NCBI GenBank assembly: GCA_013265495.1
Contig: MU057651.1
Coordinates: forward strand, 2,878,512 to 2,898,511
Reading direction: 5' to 3'
Length of the DNA: 20,000 nucleotides
DNA from: Vicugna vicugna
Taxonomy: Eukaryota
Part shown: positions 8,442-18,450 of the stretch, in pieces
How the letters are laid out: each line of letters starts with the position of its first letter
Position numbering within the stretch: the stretch's first letter is position 1
Program-made: the position numbers and the translations under genes
Notes under the pieces: model-generated
What the model was told of the DNA's origin: nothing
Seen by the model: the letters and a program-made list of their open reading frames with translations, nothing else
Databases searched by the model: none

Positions 8442-9266
8442 TTTTTAATTGAAGTCTAGTTGATCTGTTGTGTTGTGTTCGTTTCTGGTGTGCAGCATAG
8501 TGATTCAGTCATACACATATATCTTCTTTTTCATTATAGGTTATTATGAGATATTGAATGGAATTCCCTGTGCTGTACAGTAGGACCTTGCTGTTTATCT
8601 ATTTTATATATAATAGTGTGTATCTGCAAATCCCGAACTCCCAATTTGTCCCTTCCCACCTCCTTTACCCTCCGTAACCATATGTTTGTTTTCTATGCCT
8701 GTGAGTCTGTTTTTGTTTTGTACATAAATTCATTTGTCTCTTTTTTTTTTCAGATTCCGCATATAAGTGATATCATATGGTATTTGTCTTTCTCTGTCTG
8801 ACTTACTTCTCTTAGTATGATTATCTCTAAGTCTATCCATGTTGCTGCAAATGGCATTATTTAATCCTTTTTCATGGCTGAGTAGTATTCCATTGTATAA
8901 AAATACCACAGCTTCTTTACCCAGTCATCTGTTGATGGGCATTTAGGTTGTTTCCATGTCTTGGCTGTTGTAAATAGTGCTGCTGTGAACACTGGGGTCC
9001 AGGTGTCATTTTGAAGTAGGGTTCCTTCTGGATATATGCCCAGGAGTGGGATTCCTGGGTCATATGGTGAGTCTATTCCTAGTCTTTTGAGGAATCTCCA
9101 TACCGTTTTCCACAGTGGCTGCACCAAACTGCATTCCCACCAGCAGCTGGGAGGGTTCCCTTTTCTCCACAGCCTCTGCAGCATTTGTCGTTCGTGGACT
9201 TTTGAAGGACGGGCATTCTGGCTGGTGTAGGGTGATACCTCCTTGTAGCTTTGATTTGCACTTCTT
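8442..9266 (-). mobile_element. Younger 5'-truncated L1 (ORF2 C-terminus, 3' UTR, poly(A))
   Basis: ORF 8861..9184 [20 protein letters not shown]...[12 protein letters not shown]...AALFTTAKTWKQPKCPS...LWYFYTMEYYSAMKK is the L1 ORF2 C-terminus. The 3' UTR begins ttttttaattgaagtctagttga. Confidence 0.95.
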
Positions 9267-9269
9267 TAT

Positions 9270-9620
9270 CTAGAATGTTCCTGATCCACCTTTGTCGTGG
9301 CTTCCATTTTCGGCGATCGTGAAGGAAGTGCTGTGCGTCCTTGTGCATGTGTTCGGGTGGACAGGCGCTGTTGTGGATCTGAGTGTTTGCTCTGGGAATC
9401 AAACTGCTGGACCACAGAGTCAGCTTGGGTTTGGGTAGGACGCTGTTGACAGCTTTCCCGAGTGGCTGCACCAACGTGCATCCCGTCCAGCGGAATCTGC
9501 GAGATCCAGGTGTACCTTCTTGCCAGTACTTGGCATCGTTAGTCTGTTCAATGGTAACTATTCTGATGTGTTTACACAGGAATCCGGCTGTGGATTTAGC
9601 TGCACTTCCCTGATGACTCA
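9270..9620 (-). mobile_element. Old L1 ORF2 3' fragment, right part (highly diverged)
   Basis: Translation CTLVQPLGKA and the motifs agtggctgcaccaacgtgcatccc and gatttagctgcacttccctgatgact are L1-like. Confidence 0.75.
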
Positions 9621-10235
9621 CACCCCTCGCAACCGCATAAGCGGATATTCTGGTTTCTACGCCTGACTCTCGGCAATTTAATTCATCTGAAATTCTCCTC
9701 CATCAAATCAATTTTGGATCCCAGGAACAGGTCAGTTTCTTCTTGAAAAGCTGAGGATGAGACAGATCCTGGAGGAGACAGTACTCCACGGGCCAGGTAA
9801 ACCGAAGAGGCTGCACACAAGGGGCTGTGCACCGACCTCACGAGTGTAACTTTCCCTTTTCCAGAACGAACTCTGCTGTTGGATGTCTAACCTCTGAGCT
9901 CCATCCTCTCTTTGCCTCAATTCTGAACCTGGTGGTCCCTGGACACTGATCGGTGACTTCTGTGCATCCTCCCCTCCTACCGGCCCTCCCGACCACGTGC
10001 CCTCCCCTGTTCTACTGAAACAGCACATGTGAAATAAAACTGGAAAGCCATGTGGCCCAGGGGAAGTTCATTTCCAATTCTCAACGACCCTCACCTCACC
10101 GGTCATCTTATGGTGAATGCACTCTTTGCCATGTGCTCCATCTCCGTGATCCGTGATGCTGAGTGTCCCGATCTCCCGGCCCCCGACTACCCATTGATTC
10201 ATTTCATACACCTGCACTTGGGTCACTGCGTGGCC

Positions 10236-10408
10236 AAACCCTAACCCTAACCTGAACCCTAAACCTAACCCTTCCCCTACCCCTAAACCCTAACCCCTAA
10301 CCCTAACCCTACCCCTAAACCGTAACCCTAAGCCCTAACCCTACCCCTACCCTTAAACCCTAAACCTACCCTAACCCCAACCCCAAACCCAACCCTAATC
10401 CTAACCCT
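10236..10408 (+). repeat. Degenerate interstitial telomeric repeat (CCCTAA)n, about 28 units
   Basis: ccctaaccctaacctgaaccctaaacctaaccc... with variants ccctac, cctaaa, ccgtaa, ccccaa. Confidence 0.95.
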
Positions 10409-10697
10409 TTATTCCCAGGCTCTGATGGTTTGAACTATGAAATAACATGTCTAGTTTTCAAGATGAAACCTGAATTAAAAAAAAAATTGAGGATTAAGCA
10501 AATTTTAGTTTTTAGCCAAAATATATATGCGTGTCTAAACAAACAAAAAAAAAGTTTGCAAGCTGGAACCTCAGTGGCAGCCTTGTGGGGTGCGGGATGG
10601 GTGCCAACCAGCTGAACGCAGGGGCCCAGGACCCTCCTTGCCTCAGTCCAGGCAGCATCGCCTTTAATGAATTCATACGTTGGCATTCCAGGCAAGA

Positions 10698-10764
10698 TTT
10701 CATTTGAAAATACACATTTTTTTTCATTTGAAAATATATATTTTTCACTTGAAAATACATATTT
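10698..10764 (+). repeat. Three imperfect tandem copies of TTTCATTTGAAAATACATATT (21-24 bp)
   Basis: Copies start at 10698, 10722 and 10743. Confidence 0.8.
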
Positions 10765-11040
10765 TCTGCTAAATAGAGTTTTAAACAATTTTTCAACAAA
10801 TAAAAGTTCTCAGTAATGGGGTTCATACGTTATCACACAAGTTGTCAACTCCAGAAAAATGAACATATATATTCTGCAGAGCGTGCCTGCACAGAGATGC
10901 CACATGACTACGTTTTTGTCTGTTTGATTCTTCCAATAAAAAGCAAATGAACAAAAATTGTGTTGGTCTAATAGTCTGACTGGGACCTTTTGAGGATTTG
11001 CGAAAAAGGAAGGTATTCTCTGCATAAAAAACACACGCCT

Positions 11041-11197
11041 GGTGGGGAAGATTTGGTCAAGGGGTGGAGCACATGCTTAGCGTGCGTGAGGTCCTGGGTT
11101 CAATCTCCGGTAACTTCTCTAAAAAAGAAAAAAAAAGATTAAAAAATAAGTAAACCTAATTATCTCCCCCCTCCACAATAATTTAAAAAAATAATAC
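11041..11197 (+). mobile_element. Camelid tRNA-derived SINE (Vic-1 type) with decayed 14-bp TSD
   Basis: gagcacatgcttagcgtgcgtgaggtcctgggttcaatctcc. TSD aaaaacacacgcct (11027-11040) / aaaaatgcatgtct (11198-11211). Confidence 0.9.
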
Positions 11198-11600
11198 AAA
11201 AATGCATGTCTCTTCGGCCGTTAGCATCCTCTGAGAAATCACAGTGTCAGCGCAGACACGGTGTCCTGAGCAGAGCCTCTGTTGGGAAGGAGGACATCAC
11301 CATGTGCTTTTCTGGCTCGTTCCCCAAGAAAACATCCCGTGCCTCCCGCGTCCGTCCCCAGGTCCCTGAGAGGGTGTGCTGGCATTGGACCGCGCAGCTG
11401 GGAGAACAAATTCGTCCCTTCCTTCATCCCTGGGCTGGTCCCAAGGCACCGGCGGGCATGGTGATGGCTGGATGCTGCTGGACAATCTCTTGTCCCAGGA
11501 GCATCCCATCCCTGTCCCCTGCCCTCGATCTTGGCCAGATCAGCCTCATCCTTTTACTCCTCCCTTCCTCCTTTCCCCACTCCTGTCTAGTTTTCTTATC

Positions 11601-11822
11601 TTTTTTTCTAATTGCAAATCTAGCTGATTCACAACATTGTGATAATTTCAGGTGTACAGCCCAGTGATTCTGTATTTTTGCAGATTACATCCCATCCAAC
11701 GTGATCACAAGGTACGGGCCCGAATTCCCTGTGAAATAAACCCTCGTGGCTCCTCTCCTATAGCTAATGGTCTGCCCCCCGTGAACCCCACACCCCTCAG
11801 GGGTCGCCCTCCCCTCCAGTAA
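11601..11822 (-). mobile_element. L1 3' UTR fragment
   Basis: ttttctaattgcaaatctagctgattcacaacattgtgataatttcaggtgtacagcccagtgattc is a typical L1 3' terminus. Confidence 0.8.
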
Positions 11823-12338
11823 TGTGTGGGCATCCGGTTGCTCAAGGCTCCACGTGGCATCTGAGCTGGCAGCTCTCCTGCAAAAGCTGCTCCCTGCCCT
11901 CTGCTCCTCCTGTCCCTCCCGGTGGCCTGTGACCAGGTGCGCCGAGCTCCAAGGTGCGTCAGGGCCCCAGGAACGCCGCCCTGCCCTGTGTCCAGGACCC
12001 AGGGACTGTGCGCAGTCACCTGCTCCCTCCTTGGCATCCACAGACGCGCCCTTCAACTCCCGTGGATGTTTACCATTTAGGCAAACACAGTGAGTAAACA
12101 TGGGGGGTCTGACTCATGGATGCAATGGCCTTTCCTCTTTTAAACGTTATCAGTTTCCAAATCTCCCTGCTTGTGGTGACGCCGCCACATGGGACATACA
12201 TGAACCCCGGGTGGAGACAGCCCACGAGGCGCCACACGGCCTCCAGCGGGAAGAGCCCTAGGACGCCTGATTTTTCTAACCTAATAATAATGCATTATTT
12301 TATCAGATTTGCTTAAAACAGGGAAGCACTACTCTGTA

Positions 12339-12355
12339 TTGCCCCCTGGTGGTGA
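12339..12355 (-). promoter_or_regulatory. CTCF core motif
   Basis: Minus strand TCACCACCAGGGGGCAA matches the CTCF consensus CCACCAGGGGGCGC in non-repeat sequence. Confidence 0.65.
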
Positions 12356-12729
12356 ATGGTTGCAAACGCAGCCACCTGGCACGTCCAGATCCGAATTTGT
12401 ATTTAAAGTTCAAGGGTTTTATTCTGCACCTGGTGTTGACAACGTCCATCGCGGCTAACCTCGCGGCACCAGTGCGGATGTGAAGTCAGGATGCACACGA
12501 GGGTCAGGGACCGTTTGCTAACGGGCTCTCGCTGGCCTGTCCAAGCGGCCCCCGGCATGTGACTTGTCACCTGCTCTGGGAGCTCAGCCCGGCCACACCG
12601 GTCCCTCCCACCGCCCTGATGGCGCCAGGAGTGCCCTGGCCGCCTGCCTTTGCGTCGCCGGTCACAGTGCCGCATGTGTGTTCCTTCTCTTCCTTCCAGC
12701 TGCCTTATCAGAGGCATCTTCTCCTTCAA

Positions 12730-12798
12730 GCATTTAAAATTGCACTTCCTAACCTCCCTCCCCAGTGTTGCATTTAAAATTGCACTTCCCAGTGTTGC
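12730..12798 (+). repeat. Local tandem duplication
   Basis: gcatttaaaattgcacttcc at 12730 and 12770. cccagtgttgc at 12761 and 12788. Confidence 0.9.
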
Positions 12799-12827
12799 TT
12801 TTTGCTCTGGCATGTTAGTAATGCATT

Positions 12828-13178
12828 TACTCATGGCGATGACCTGTGTCCACCCTCCCCGCCAGATTCACACGTTGAGGTCTGAACAGGACCGGATGAG
12901 GAGACAGGGGCTCCACAGAGATGACCAGGTAAAAACCAGGGCTCATGCGGGCCCTGAGCCACCATGACCGGTGTCCTTGTAGGAAGGGGGACGTTGACAC
13001 ACACGTAGGGGACATGGGAGAAGATGGCTGTCTGCAAGCCGAGGGGAGTGTCCTCAGGGGAGCCTAGCCCTGCTGACTCCTTGAATCTCAGACTTTTGGG
13101 GTCCAGAATTCTGAGACAATACGTTTTTGTTGTTTAAGCCCTGTGGCTCTTTGTTACTGCTGTCCTGGCAAACCAACA
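12828..13178 (+). mobile_element. MaLR solo LTR (MLT1B-like)
   Basis: agattcacacgttgagg, atgaccggtgtccttgtaggaagggg, gagaagatggctgtctgcaagccgagg, ccagaattctgagacaatacgtttttgttgtttaagcc, ending ggcaaaccaaca. Confidence 0.88.
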
Positions 13179-13574
13179 GGCTTATTCATTACTTCTGTCA
13201 CCCTCATAGGGTGTCAGCTCCGAGAAGCCAAGATTGAAATGGTTCCGATCAGCGCTGTGCGCCCCCCAGGACTGGAGCCCCCTGAGGTAGCAAGACAGAC
13301 TCCATCAGTCTCTGCTGAGGAAGTGATCCAGCTCAAGTGTGAAAAGTTAACACTTCTCTCAGCCATCCACGGCTTTCTTAAAAATTACTTTTTAACTTAC
13401 GTTTGTTAATTATTATCAAACTGTTCCATTATTATCTTAACGCAACACATGTAACTTAAACTGTATGTATCGTCCCATGGGAAAGCTGGAATGGGCCACC
13501 TCCTCATTATGGTCTTAGAAAGTGCTGCTCTAAATGAAGCCACAGGGTCGAAGAATTTGTCCACTATGACATTT

Positions 13575-13790
13575 CTAATTGACTTTTAAAAATTTTGTAA
13601 TTTTAAAATAATTCTGAAATTTAAAATTAAATTTTGTGAGCGAATTTAAAATACCTTGAAATTGAAAATTCCGAATGGAATTTCAATTAAATTTTAAAAT
13701 TTGAATTAACTTTTAATATTTGAATTAACTTTTCAAAATGATACGTCTTTTTATTTTATAATAAAAGTAATATGTTATCATTGTCTCAAG
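13575..13790. repeat. AT-rich low-complexity tract
   Basis: Almost entirely A/T, with internal direct and inverted repeats. Confidence 0.8.
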
Positions 13791-13951
13791 GTTTTAAAGT
13801 ACAGACCAGTGAGGAAGTAGAGAAAATGAAAAATGGAAATTAAATGTGTCTGTAAATACATTATGACATGTTTCTATTTTACGTTTTTAGTATATAAGAA
13901 TGAATAAACAACAGAGCTCTACTTAATTATGAATAAATAGATCTGTGCAAT

Positions 13952-14072
13952 TTTTTTTGATGGGGGAGGAGGTAATCAGGTTTATTTGTTTATTTTAATG
14001 GAGGTACCGGGCATTGAACCCAGGACCTCATGCATCTAGGCACACACTCTGCCCCTGAGCTACACCCTCCCC
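13952..14072 (-). mobile_element. Camelid tRNA-derived SINE (Vic-1 type) with perfect 9-bp TSD
   Basis: ggaggtaccgggcattgaacccaggacctcatgcat...ctgagctacaccctcccc. TSD ctgtgcaat at 13943-13951 and 14073-14081. Confidence 0.92.
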
Positions 14073-16261
14073 CTGTGCAATAACCTTGAATGTCAACTAT
14101 CCTTGCAAAAGGAGAGACGGAAAGAGAGTCCCCTTTATGATTTCCTCTATTTTTGCATGTTTAGGAATGTCCATGTTGAAAGTAAGACACAAGAAGAGAA
14201 AGAAAGAGATGTCTGGAAGGAGGGCGGCTGGATTGCGTGTGGGCAGCCCTGGGTGAATGTCAAGGCCTTGGTGGATGTTGACATCTGCATCTGCTTGGAC
14301 CTGTGGGGAGCAGGCAACTCCAGACGCCAGCTGCTCCTTCAGAACGCAGGTCACACCAGGCACAGCCCACCGGGGTGACACCGGTGGGGCCCACCTGGTG
14401 GGATCTCAGGGAGGCAGCCGGGTGCTTAAAGCATGGGGAGCACAGCATGAGGAGCCACTGACATCTAGTGGTCACGCAGGCAAACCACAGGCCTGGGGAC
14501 CACAGAGCTCTGGGAAGTTGGACCAGGGCAGGTCCAGTAGGACAGGCCCGCCTGCCGGGCTCCTCCCCTGGGATCCTGGTCTTCCAGGTCAAGGGCCCAC
14601 TGAGAAGCACCACCTGCATCTGCACATGAACCCCCTGTTCGGTCAGCGATGTTGAGTAATTTGTATATCCGAGTAGAAGTAATTCCTCAGGGGGCAATTC
14701 CGAAGCACCAGCAGATTATTTCTCCCTCCACTTTCCAATTCCAGTCTCATGATCCCAGTTGGACGGCCTCAGCGACACTCAGTGTAACTTCCCGGAGCCC
14801 CTCTGCCCACCGCAGGGCCGGGCGGTGGTCTGGAGACTTAATTTTCCTTTGCCTCTTTATCTCTCCTGAGACCATGCATTCCTGCTACCCTTTCCGCTTT
14901 TCTAACTTCCCATTTTCCAGCCTCCAAAAACTGTCCCCTCCCCAATTATCCCCCCAATGGCCATTATCCTAGAGCCGCCCGGACATCGCGTCCTTACTGT
15001 TAACAAAACAATGAATCACCTGTGCACCCCAGAAGGCACCCAACTCAGCCAATGTCTGTAGTTATTACAACATTACAAACACAATTTTTCCTAGGAAACC
15101 CATCCACTCACGCGTATGAAAATGTCCCCCTTGATTAGCTCTTTTCTACCTTCAAGTGTTAGCGTGGTGAGGCCTTCGTTGACCTGTTGGCCTAAATCAG
15201 AGTTCCTACTAAATGCTCTGCTTCTATTCTATTTCCACGGAGCACTTAATTGTACCCAACAGTTGATTTAGGGCTGAAGATCTGCTCAGTTCACCCTGTA
15301 ATCCAGTCTCCTGTGATAAATAGAAATCTTCATGTAAACAGATTTCTTTAAAAATCTTAAAACTATGGTCATAGGCAACCCCTGAATATTTTTTTTCTTT
15401 ATTCTAAATAGCTGATGTAGCTTCAGGGCCTCTTAATAATTTGCGTCTTCCTCTGCTTCCACAGACATCTGTGCAGACCTCCTCGTGGAGCGGTAGAATG
15501 GAATTTTCCATTATTACGTGCGTGATGTTCCTTCTCTGTGCTCTGCTTTTCCACAGGGTGCCAGAGAATGCCTGCTTCTCACTAAATTTCCACGTGTTGC
15601 CCCACCTTCTTTCCCAGATCCCGGGCGGTCAGGCAGGGCTGTGTGAATAATTCTGGCCAGTGGGCTGTTACCGGAATGATGTGTCTTTTCCAGGTCAAAT
15701 CTTTAAAAGTTGATGCCTTTCTCTCAAGATCTGTCTTGCTCTGCATTGGTGATGACCTCCAGAGGCCATGTGTTGAGACGGATGGTCAGTGGTGTGCTGG
15801 TCAACGCTTAAAAACTGGGGGGACAAAATCAGCACGCTTGGTGACATTTGCTAATTTCATGGTATCAGCACTCCTGCCAAGGCCAATTGCATTTTATCCT
15901 TGGTCCCTCTGTTTGCCAGTGGGCAACGTGCAGACTCCAAGTTCAAAGTCTTTATTATCTGTGTTTCTCTAGCTGTAGTGACCCAAGGCCCTACTTCGTT
16001 AATGGAAAATACAAGTGAGTGATGCAACAGTTGGGTGTCAGCGAGGCTGCTGGTCGGGAAGGGGTGGGTGGAGAGCATGTGGCACTTTGAGCCATAATTT
16101 TTCCACTAAAAATTAGCCCCAGAAGCTTGGGGGATCTTTGGCTCCTCCACAGGAAGGGAAGAACGACACCAGAAAAACAAACTACAATATCAAGGTTTTA
16201 TGTAGCTCTTCATGCAATGGATGAAATTTCCAATTTATTCCCTTTGGAAATGACCATATTC

Positions 16262-16380
16262 GTTCATTCATTCATTCATTCATTCATTCATTCTATAACG
16301 TTTGTTGAACAATTGCCACGTGCCGGTACTGTTTTATGCTTGAGGATCCCAGGTGGCTGAGATCTCTTGTCTCAAGGATG
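16262..16380 (-). mobile_element. L2 3' end with (TTCA)n tail
   Basis: (ttca)7 at 16263-16290, then aacgtttgttgaac...gtgccggtactgttttatgcttgaggat. Confidence 0.75.
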
Positions 16381-16489
16381 TGGATTAGCAGGTAAATTAG
16401 CAAATAAGATAAGTTTAGATGCTGCTGGGTGCTGAACAGAAACCAAGCAAGAGGCTGCTGGGGAGAGTGGCCGGAGGGAGTCCGTATTG

Positions 16490-16777
16490 CCGCATGGTTC
16501 TGGAGGCTAAAGTCCATGTTCAAGTTATTGGCTGAGCTGCTTCCTTCTAAAGACTGTGAAATAGAATTAGTTTCACGCCCTTTACCTGGCTTCTGATGGC
16601 TTGCTGGCCACCTTCGGTGTTCCTTGTCTTGCTAAAGCATCACCCTGTCTCTGCCTTCATCTTCACCTGGTGCTCTGTGTGTGTGTATGTGTGCGTGTGT
16701 GTCATGTGTCCAAATTTCCCCTCTGTATAAGAACACAAGTCACATTGGATTACGGCCAAATTTAATGACACCATCTT
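16490..16777 (-). mobile_element. MaLR LTR (MLT1C-like), left part
   Basis: gttctggaggctaaagtcc, gcatcaccctgtctctgccttcatcttcac, gtccaaatttcccctctgtataagaacacaagtcacattggatta. Confidence 0.88.
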
Positions 16778-17111
16778 TTTTTTTTTTTAATTGAAGTGCA
16801 GTCAGTTACAATGTGTCACTCTCTGGTGCACAGCACAATGTCCCAGTCATGCAGATACACACATATATTCATTCTCATATTCTTTTTCATTAAAGGTTAT
16901 TACAAGATATTGAATATGCTTCCCAGTGCTATACAGAAGAAATTTGTTTTTTAAATCTATTTTTATATATAGTGGCTAACATCTGCAAGTCTCAAACTCC
17001 CAAATTTATCCCTTCCCACCCCCTTTCTCCCAGTAGCCAACCATAAGATTGTTTATATGCAAGTCTGTTTCTGTTTTGTAGATGAGATCATTAGTGTCCT
17101 TTTTTTTCTTC
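16778..17111 (-). mobile_element. Camelid-like L1 3' end inserted in MLT1, 15-bp TSD
   Basis: poly-T then aattgaagtgcagtcagttacaatgtgtca. TSD taatgacaccatctt (16763-16777) / taatgacttcatctt (17112-17126), followed by aa (L1 endonuclease TT/AA site). Confidence 0.92.
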
Positions 17112-17240
17112 TAATGACTTCATCTTAATTTAATTAGTTATAACTGCAAGGACCTTTTTTCCAAGTAAGGTTGCATTCTGTAGTCCTGGGGGTTAAGGCT
17201 TCCCTGTATGAGTTTTGGAGGAACTCAGTTCAACCTATGA
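17112..17240 (-). mobile_element. MaLR LTR (MLT1C-like), right part
   Basis: taatgacttcatcttaa...ctgcaaggacc...ttccaagtaaggttgcattctg...gggggttaagg...cagttcaacc. Confidence 0.85.
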
Positions 17241-17242
17241 TG

Positions 17243-17388
17243 GGAAGTTAATGCAAATGGGTCTCATTTTGTGGTGAATGAAACGTTATAAAACTGAATT
17301 GCGGTGATGGTTGCACATCTTGAATTTGACACTCTAAATGGGGAAGTTTATGGTCATGCAAATTAGATACCAATAAAGCTGTTAACAA
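17243..17388 (+). mobile_element. Old L1 (L1MB/ME) 3' end
   Basis: ggtgatggttgcaca...cactctaaatggggaagtttatggtcatgcaaattagataccaataaagctgtt. Confidence 0.8.
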
Positions 17389-18019
17389 TTATTTTTATTA
17401 GTGCCCCAAGGTGCTTTTGCTTTCGTGGTGTAATAAAACTTAGAAAAGATTTCAAGGATTGCCAAGTTCTTTTCCAGTGGAAAGTACTGACATTTATTGC
17501 GAGGTGACCCATCTTTCCTTGTACGGAAAGTGCTACTGATGGCATGGTTGGTTTTTGTGTTTTCATTGAAGTACGGTTGGTTTAAAATGTTTAAAAAAAA
17601 AAAAGCGAAAAAACAAATGTGCACGCCCTGATGGCTTCTCCATCCCCAGCAGAATTCACATTCGCATCCACGTTTTGGAGGTTGAAGCCTTATGGTTTTC
17701 CACTCTAATGCCTTGCCTTTTATGGTTGGAAAATAAACCAGCCACCTTTTGAAAACTGAGGGGAAGTGTGGTTTAGCAGACATGTCCTGGGACTGGACAG
17801 CGACTGTCCCTTAATTGTCAGAGGTCAGCATTCCGTTATTAGTTTAAAATCCTATGAGGATCAAAAGCCTGTGTTTCCTTCATCTCATACACTTCGTCAT
17901 AGTCCGTCAAATTTGCCGCCATGTGTTTTGATGTCCTGGAGAAAGACCGCTGGCTTAGGAGGTCCATGTCCCCCCGATTGGCCGCTGCCACGTGCGCATC
18001 CCATGACCTCTCGTTGCCT

Positions 18020-18450
18020 TGGTGACCACTGCGGTCTGGTCCAGCGTTGGCAACCGGTCACGGGCCAGATCACAAGCATCGCCCCTATGGGCCCATGTCC
18101 TCCGGACCTTTCTGGGGGAGCTGGCACTCTCATGTGTCACCTGGTGTCCCCAGGCGGGAGTGTCCCGACATCCCTGCCACATGGCTGCCCGTCCGCCATC
18201 TGTCACCTTCTTCTCCGCGGCGTATTGAGTCTCAGCACCGAGTCCTTTCACGGCTACGGGGTGCAGGAGCGATTCCTGTCACCTGCCAGTGCCTGTAGCC
18301 ACTGGGTGTCACTGCTGGACCACAGAAAGCCTGGGATCCCTTCCCCAGACCTGCACACGGCGCAATTATGGCTTCAAACACTGTCCCACTTGTTAATGCG
18401 TAACCCCTTGTTCAACAAAAATATCCTTTTCTAAACCACCGGGACTGGAC
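18020..18450 (+). mobile_element. Possible ancient ERVL LTR (LTR16-like), highly diverged
   Basis: Weak resemblance only: gaccactgcggtctggtccagc, ccgccatctgtcacc, ctgctggaccacagaaagcctgg, caacaaaaatatccttttctaaacc. Confidence 0.3.

Noticed and set aside
8861..9184. 107-aa ORF as a host gene
   Set aside because: It is the L1 ORF2 C-terminus of a 5'-truncated element.
10236..10408. True chromosome end or telomere fusion site
   Set aside because: Short, degenerate, single-orientation array with ordinary sequence on both sides.
10698..10764. CRISPR-like repeat array
   Set aside because: No spacers, only three AT-rich copies, and a mammalian context.
17766..18434. Longest ORF in the track (222 aa, + strand)
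   Set aside because: Non-ATG start, low-complexity P/S/L/C composition, no recognisable domain or splice context, and it overlaps a possible old LTR. Expected by chance in GC-rich DNA.
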